Of a DNA stretch of 48,534 bases, positions 40,541 through 48,534 are shown in pieces (within the stretch, counting starts at the first letter, position 1; every line of letters starts with the position of its first letter). A program made the translations under genes and the position numbers. The DNA is from Bigelowiella natans CCMP2755 (Eukaryota > Protista > Cercozoa), in NCBI GenBank assembly GCA_000320545.1, contig ADNK01001990.1, forward strand, positions 1 to 48,534. Reading direction: 5' to 3'. The notes under the pieces were generated by a model. The model was not told where the DNA came from. It made no database searches and saw nothing but the letters and a program-made list of their open reading frames with translations.

Positions 40541-43061
40541 TTACCGTAGTTTAGATTCATCCTCTCTCCTGCCCTTTTTCGTGGTGGAATCACTAAATTT
40601 CATGTCTGCCACGCCACCTGGACCAATATTGTTGCTGCTTCGCACACTTCCTTTGGTGGTGGCAGTCCCTCCACCACGTGTGCCACCACTACGGAGGGAT
40701 GCGATACTCCTCGCTTTCACCTCGGCGACAGCTTTCTTGAAGGAATCAAAGTTGTATTCGAGGAGTCCCTGATTGATTTGCCTGACAGGTGTAAAGAAAA
40801 AGGGCGATGAGATTTCCACGAAAGATTCGCATTGAACGACCGATGATCGTCGATGCGTAAGAAGAAAGAGAACGTGATGATCCCGTCGGCAGGAGGGAGC
40901 ACGGGGTGAGCAGCAATGCGAACTTCCAAAACGTTCAAAAAGTGATATATCTTATTTTTTAATCGTCTTCTGAACAATATGTTTTCCGTGGCGCTGAAAT
41001 CACTCATTCGCTCATCATCTTTGCGCCGAACTGCATCGCAGCAGAACGCAAAGATAATCGGTTTTCGCCGTTTCCAATTCCCATTTTCATTTACGAGCAA
41101 TTTCTCGGCCTATTCTGTTTTAAATCACTGCCACCACCATCACCACCACCACCACCACCATCATCATCATCATCGAGTGGCAGTCGCATCCTCTTTGCTT
41201 CGCTATCTTCTTCTTACGGGTCGTTCCGCATAAAGCAGACAAGGGCGAGGAATGAGTCCACTTCTCTGAGATGCAGCACGTAGTTGTTCTCCATGCGAAT
41301 CACCACGCCAGACTTAGAATCGTATGGAAAGATCGAGCCACCTTCCCCACTAGCCCCCTTTGAATCCTTCGATACACTGATGACGTCGACGGAGAAGAGG
41401 AGGAGGAGGAGGAGGAGGAGGAGGAAGAAGAGGAGGAAGAGGAGGGGGAAGGTGTTAATCAGACCAATAAAGTGCGAAAGTCGGCGTATGTCTATATCTG
41501 TCCATTATGATCTCGTCGTCGCTTGCTATTATTGTCACCTGTATATACGGGAGACATCGATGACCACGTCGATCGCGTCGCTGCATAGCTCGTAGAAATG
41601 ATCCAGATCGGAGTTGTCCGTTGCAATATATATCTATCCGCACAACATCCCCCCCCCCCCCCCCCCCAAAAAAAAAAGCAAAGCAGCAGGCAGACAGTCA
41701 GGAAAGCTCTCGCAAGTCGGCGTCGGTGGCTTGCATGCATGCATTATATGTGTGGTCCCGAGCGCATTGAGAAGGGTTTAATGCGTTGGTTCTCGTAGTT
41801 GCCATACTTCGGTTACTGCTCTCTATTCTGCTCGGGGCTACCAAGCTACAAACTGAAGCTCATCTTTCCGCAACATAGCCTGATGCATCCCCCCCCCCCC
41901 TTCTCCCGCCCCCCGATCTAGCCTGCCTATATTGTGGCTGGGGACCTTGCTGATAACGTCGAAAACATACGCCTTCTCTACTCGGCTATTCTCCACTAAA
42001 CCTGCGATCAAGAGGGGGGAGGGCAACGAGGAGGATTGTGAACGATACTACGCCGCCTACTTTTGTTCTTGTTTATTGTGGTAATGTGCGTGCTGCTGTG
42101 CTGAGCGACTGCTACCAGAGAGAATCTTCTCCAGCTGGGAGGTCTGGGGCACCCTTTTTTGCACAATCTAGAGGAGCACATTAGTAGAGGAGGAGGGGGG
42201 GGAACAGCATAAAAAGGGGAAGTAATTATGGCAGCAACAGCAGCATCATCAAGTAGTAGGAAGAGTAGTATTGGGAGTCGGGTGCTCCGAAATAAGGAAG
42301 CTTCCTATTTTTACAGACATCGATGGTTTTGTTCCAGAACAGCAAGAAAACGCATTGGAGGACATGTAGTCGTTTGACAAAGTGCTGTTGTGTCAATAAA
42401 TAAAGCACGTCTATTCTCTCAGTAGAACTCTGCCTCACTATCATCATCATCATCTTCTTCTTCTTTATCTCTCCTCCTCCTCCTCCTCCTCCTCCTCCTC
42501 CTCCTTCTTTCTACCCGACTAAAAGCCTCGAATATCGTGTGGTCATAGATGCTTGTAAGGTGGAAGGTAGGGTGAATGTCCAGCTAATTCATCACCAATA
42601 AACAAGAATTATGCACGATGTTCCAGACGAATAATGAGGTGTAAGATTATCGACGACACCGCGCCACACAAACACACCCAAATTTCACAAAGTTCCTATT
42701 TTGCCGCAGGCTACGCGCATTTCGTATCTCGTGAAGACGTAGATAGATGATAGTTCCTCCCAATTCATGGGATTCGTATCGTGTTTCTCCATGAAGTTGT
42801 CGCGTACTCACTACATCACAATGCCATGCGAAAGGAGTAAAGTGATGCTGTCGATTTCCTGCAAAAACTAGTTCCGATTTCCCCTCGTAACTATGCGATC
42901 ATCTTCCCACCTGTTCTTCGCGCAGTTGCTCGATTATCACTTGGCGGATGTGCCGGACACGCTCTAATTCACAAAAAGGAGGAGTAGATATATCAAATAT
43001 ATTTTGCAATTGTGTGCTCCCTCGCTTTAAGTTGTCTTTCATTTGTGCGCGCAAACACACA

Positions 43062-43098
<37 letters not shown>

Positions 43099-43277
43099 AC
43101 AGCAGCAGCAGCAGCAGCAACAGCTATGCACTAGCAGCACCGTTGAGATCGTCGTGATAACTGTCCGAATCTATTTCCACTTTGTGGATTAAGACGTCGA
43201 TAGATAACTTAGGGTTCACCTACAATGTGTGTTGCATTGCGAGTGTGTGAGTGTTTTTGTATGTGTGTATGTGTGTA

Positions 43278-43314
<37 letters not shown>

Positions 43315-44900
43315 AAACACAGATTAGCTATATCTATATATAAAATATATTGAGCTGATGCATGGAAATGGAATCTACATATTATGTCAGTCCTTGGTTC
43401 CTTGAGTATACATGAAAGTCATTGAAATAAATGCAGATACAAGTCAATACAAGTGTGCTGAGCGCACGGAAAAGTGGTCTACATTCGCATCAGCGTACCA
43501 TGTGAGCTAGCCTAGCAACATCAAGGAAGTGCTCAACTGCAGCAAGATCTTCCTGCCCGTCCTATTGGAGGACCAATGTCCCGGAACGTAATCATCATCA
43601 TCATCATCATCGTCGTCGTCAGCAGCAGCAGCAGCAGCAGCGACACAAATTTATGAAGAGGAGGACAAGAACACTTTTTCGAATAATCTCTCTGATATTT
43701 TCATTCGCTGCCTACTTATGTCTCTCGCTATTCCTTACGTCAAATGATTACTAACCCCCCCCCTCACCACCTATATCGTCGCAATGCGAACAATCACGTA
43801 ATTCGATTCTTGACGAAATCTCCATCCCATTCCATCCACTACCCCCCTTTCGATAGATAATAATTGACCTGCTGGTCGATGACAAATACGATGGCCGCAT
43901 CATGTTTAAAGACCACTTCAGGTCTAAGCTGAGAGGTTAGGGCAAACGTCAAAAAGAAGAAGAAGAAGAAGAAGAAGAAGAAGAAAAAGAGCAAGAATAA
44001 CAATAGCCCCCACTACATCACATCTCGCATGCGAGCTTTACACTTTACAACAGTTTGCTTCGATGAAGACCCCAGCATGATTTGGGCGATTGCAAAGGAA
44101 TTCATAAAGGGAAAAGTAATTAGCAGTAACAACACATACCTTTCCGTCTGAGAAGTCGTATCCTCCCGGAAAATCAAGAATCTGGAGCTGGACGAATGCG
44201 CTATTGCTGACATCTGTTGAAGAAGGTGGAGAGCAAATTTCGGGCCAAAATGAATGCTGTTGTGTTTGACACAAATGACACTTCGCTGCGCGAGGAAAAA
44301 TACCTGTTATCTCTAGCCCAGCGGTCGGGTCCAAGAACAGTGTTTCGTGAGGGGACATCTTCTGAAAGACTACTTGAATGATGCTCGTCTTTCCGCTCCT
44401 GGTATTTGACGAAAGATAATGAGCAATAGATAATGAGGATATTAAAACCGAACAGGAGAGGTTGAAGAGGCGGCTGAGGGGGGAGGACCCCATTATTATC
44501 CGGACGGAAGGGTAGAAAGAAAGCCTTTGGTACCGTTTTGCTCCAAGCATGAGCAGTCTGGAGCGTCCATCGCTGCCCAGAGACTGTTCTCCCGTAGCAT
44601 TTTCGAAGCCAGAGGCCAGAGATGCCACGTCCTCTTGCTGGCTACTGTTTTGTGCCTGATTGGATTTTCAAGATGGTGACGTGAGAGCTCTGATCAATTG
44701 TCCCTGCAAATGTTTTTGCGGCCCCTCTATCCCCCCTCCCACCATACGCATACACATATACACAAATATAGACACAAACTTATCTCGCCAAGGTATTCGA
44801 TCGCATCCTCTAAGGACAATGATTTTATTACCATCGGCTGCTCTCCGAGGGTGTCCTTTTCTGTCGATTGGACTAGACACAATTTCTGCAGTACCGACAT
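40541..44900 (-). CDS. RRAGC: Rag C/D (Gtr2)-family GTPase, multi-exon; first exon tentative
   Basis: [97 protein letters not shown] and GLLEYNF. Confidence 0.92.
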
Positions 44901-45075
44901 TTTAATTACGTCCAAAACGACAATTTTAACAATAACTTCTACATGTTCATGTCGTTAATGCATAACCTCATGTTTTCGTGTGGATGAAATAATGTTGTTT
45001 TCCATATTCTTTTCTGATTTCAGAAGGGCCGCATTTTTCACGATGATTTAGGTTGTTTGCGGGGTGTTTTTTGTA

Positions 45076-46500
45076 CCAAAACTAGGAGGGAAGCCTGTCA
45101 TGGTTGAATGCTGGTTGATGATGTGGTCCCTCTTCTGCAATGTTCACACACTTCGTTGCCTTGCTCTGCAGGGCCAGGTCTCGACTGACAAAGAAATCGA
45201 CAGGGCTTTCCGACGATCCATTGTCCTGCTTGACAATTTTGCTGCTGTCCGCCAACCTGGGTTCTCCCCGTCGATGTCCTCTCAGTTTTTTGTCCCTGAG
45301 TGCCCTTGGCATCGATTGCCTGTTTCCATTCCGACCCAGACACGCTCTGACTTTGGCAAACGACAACAGACAGTTCATCTAGCTTTGTTTCATCATCTTC
45401 AGCTTCCTCAGATGCACGCCATCAGCTAGTTGTGCAACTCATCAACAACAGGGTGCTGACAAGTCCTTGCAACGAGTGTTGTTGAGGCTCTGTCGTGTGT
45501 GAACGCCGGTCCTTTCCAACACCATGTGTCTTTGGCAATTTGTCAATTCGGCAAAATTGCAATGTGATCACGGTGCCAGTCTAGCAGTCACTGTGAGTCA
45601 TGGAGGCCACATTGTCATTGTTCATTGTTCATTGTCGCACGCAAGCAAAATCCCCGGTGTTGTCAACAACACGTTTGAATTGTCTCCACTGCGCAGCAAC
45701 GTGTCAACGACAATGTGACTTGCATTTGCAATGTCAATGACAATGCAACTTGCGTTTGCACGATGTGTGTTTCAAAATCAATGATTCATCAAAGCACATT
45801 TTTGCAGGTCTAGAGGTGCGTGCTGACAATTTTGACAGGTGGTGTTTGCAAGAATCACGTGTTGTCAACAGCTGTGCGTGTTGCATTGTTGACAATGCAC
45901 GTTCAGAACGTGCACTGCCACAATGCAACACAGTGTCGACAGTGCACGTTTCAAACTCACAGTGCACTCACGAAAACGACAAAGTGTCAAATTGTTGTGA
46001 TGTTGTCACACGGTCTCCCACGCTAGCACGTGCCGTGGTTCTGGCGCACGTGATTTTTGATCAATGCTTCTTTCACGTTTCACATTTCGTTTTGCAAGTG
46101 TCATGTCACACTTTGGAGATGTGATTTTTCATCATTGTTTCATTGTTTCGTGTGCATGCACATGCCTGTCTCCCATGCGGTTCTGGCGCGTGTGGATTTG
46201 CATCAATGCTTTGCTCAGTGTTCATTGTTCATTGTCTCTCTGATTTGCTGTTTCTCAGTGATGATTCCACGGGGGAGAGTGTTCCAATGTTTTTCATGAC
46301 AGCACAGAGATCCTCCTCCAATTCTTTCCCGCTGTGTTCCATCACCCTCTTTCCCCACAGTGGTGGAGAATGGATTCTGTGTGGGAAAAAAAATTGCCGC
46401 AGAAAGGGAAAAACACGAGCAAAGTTGCACCGCACCCGCGATGTCATTTTTCTTGAACATTGTTTTTCCCCTAGATCACCAAAACGACCGAATGATCAGA
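45076..46500. other. TpA-void island; probably a hypermutated repeat or TE relic
   Basis: In 1425 bp the only TA dinucleotides are 7 CTAG sites. TG and CA are abundant. Confidence 0.85.
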
Positions 46501-46706
46501 TACGCAACCCTATATCATCCCCACGTAGCGTAGAAGTGAAAGGAGGAGGAGGAGGAGGAGGAGGGGGGGGGGGAGACGGCCACACTGGCTGAAGTTGCGA
46601 TGTTTCAGTGACAGCAACTACGTACGAACAATGACAAGAGCGGCAGCCCATCGATGTGAAACAACGGTTGACATCTACCCTCGCATCATGGCGACTGACC
46701 ATGTCG

Positions 46707-46750
<44 letters not shown>

Positions 46751-46933
46751 ATCGTTGGACATGGCTCTTTGTTGTCGGCATTTTGTTCCCCATTTTTGAC
46801 GGCTGTGGCTAATTCACTTGTAGAGAGATTTGAGCGAAGCTCTGAGTCGCGATTGATGGGAGACCACCTACATCAAGTTCAACCACAGGCAAGGGTTTCA
46901 TCAAAGAGAGACCCGTATCATCATCATCATCTA

Positions 46934-47534
46934 ACCCTCCAAACCCTGCAAACGACAAGCTAGCAAGGGACCTCTTCAGATGCAATGTTCGCCGTGCACA
47001 GCTAGACAGACAAGCTGCCCACCACTCCTCCACCTCCACGTCTGGACGTCTTCACGTGACCACAGCGGAGGGAAGCAAGACTTGTCGTGCTGTCGTGTGC
47101 GCACACACAGCATGTGCAGCACCAGCCATGCTGGCTGATCGAGCTCGACGAATTGCAGACATGCATGGGAGAAATGGCAGAGCGACGCACATTTTGTCAA
47201 AAGCACATGCTAGACATGGTGTGGGATGCCCCGCAGCATGCTAGCATGGTTTTGCTAGGTGCAAAACAGCAACAAATGTGAATCCATTGCTTTGTTGCAA
47301 CCAGTGCACCTGCCATCTGAGCGTCACACATTCACATGTTGCACACACACACACACACACATTTGTGCACACATGTGTACACATGTACGTGCACACATGT
47401 GTACACACATGTGCACACATGCATGTGAACCGAAATGGAGATGAGGCTTCACATGAATCAAGGCGATCAATGGAAACACGTGGTCCAAGTGGGTTCTTCG
47501 TCCTTCTTTCCTTTGAAACCAGTCGGCCGAAATC
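46934..47534. other. Second TpA-depleted island
   Basis: In ~600 bp TA occurs only in 5 CTAG and 3 GTAC, the latter within a Y/R-alternating tract. Confidence 0.8.
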
Positions 47535-47612
47535 TAAACTTTCTGACTAGCCTTGATTTCCACCTCTACATAGGGATGAACATTGATCAAAATTTAACAA
47601 GAACAAAACATG

Positions 47613-47698
<86 letters not shown>

Positions 47699-47722
47699 CA
47701 CACACCCAAACGCCTCATGTAC

Positions 47723-48482
47723 TCAGTAGAGAACATTCTGTATGGAATTAAGTACAACATCTACCACCTCCAGCATTTCATCATAATAATCGTCATCTTC
47801 TCTTGAAAACTTCTACCAAGCGCCAAGCGCTACTATCTCTCCCTTTTACTACTTACTACTACTACTGCTTCTGCTGCTGCTGCTACTACTACTAACAAAA
47901 GATGTAGGCGCTTACGTGATGGAGTTGCCCCCATCGATACGGAGGAGTTTTCCCGTTCAACAATCTTGGGAGCACTGGCAGGAGCTGGATTGGATGAGGG
48001 GAGGGAGGGGGGAAATGGGGGTTGGGGGACGGTTGCATCAGAGTAGAGTTATATATTCACGAATGATTCTGATATTTAGACGCACATTCCCTAAAGTGCT
48101 CACGCGCGAGGGGAAGTTAGACGGGGAAAGGTATGATCATCGTTTAGGGTCATGACGAGTCGCCTTTAGAATGAGTTAATATGCTTAATGTTCCCCCCTT
48201 TTTCCTGACCTGCTGGCATGAAGCAGAAGACTTTTATCGCCACGATAATAGAGATAATGAATGCGAGGACCTGTAGTTGTAATCGGATTATTGCTATCAT
48301 TCCTGCAGTAACTGTAGTATAACGAGCAGCTCGCCACTACTTTCGTCGGTACTACTACTACTTTACTCCTTCCCTCCCCCATCTTTTCTCTCCTTAACAA
48401 CACAAAAAATTGTTACCCCGAAGACGGTGCCAACGTTGGCGACACCTTTGACATCCGAGTCATCGTCTTCCTTGCATGAACA
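47723..48482 (-). CDS. 3' exons of an unknown single-pass membrane protein; 5' part lies outside the window
   Basis: In-phase GT-AG exons CSCKEDDDSDVKGVANVGTVFG|VLAFIISIIVAIKVFCFMPA|APASAPKIVERENSSVSMGQLHH. The final exon and stop are uncertain. Confidence 0.4.
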
Positions 48483-48534
48483 CTAGAAGAGAAGCAGCAG
48501 CAGGAGGAGGAGGAAGGGGGAGGAGAAGGAGGAA

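Noticed and set aside
46931-46953. ctaaccctccaaaccct telomere-like words at the edge of island 2
   Set aside because: Only about two degenerate units, which could be chance.
46595-46963. ORF or exon-like segment between the two islands
   Set aside because: Runs through a (GA)n repeat; I could not build a coherent gene model.
45064-47550. Many overlapping Cys/His-rich, nearly Tyr-free ORFs
   Set aside because: These are a by-product of TA loss, which removes TAA/TAG stops and Tyr codons. No recognisable domain.

Overview
Eukaryotic, intron-rich (mostly GT-AG) protist-like nuclear DNA with microsatellite-laden introns. Hand-splicing gives about 12 genes: 3' part of a RUS/DUF647-like gene (+), bacterial-type NRAMP transporter (-), RECQL4 helicase (+), CadD-like membrane protein (+), Nudix hydrolase (-), AP-1 sigma (+), C2-domain protein (-), Ras GTPase (+), intronless BCS1-like AAA ATPase with a C-terminal SAM domain (-), RRP5 (+), RagC/D (-), and the 3' end of an unknown membrane protein (-). 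Most are arranged head-to-head or tail-to-tail. The most striking signal is non-coding. A sharply bounded island (45076-46500) has no TpA dinucleotide except inside CTAG. A second island (46934-47534) has only 3 other TpAs, all inside what looks like a (TA)n microsatellite converted to TG/CA. Some convergent 3' flanks are also enriched in CTAG and YpR steps. I infer a TpA-directed A>G/T>C hypermutation process (an inverse-RIP-like system) that spares CTAG. This is inferred from composition and needs testing. Exon boundaries and counts were read by eye.
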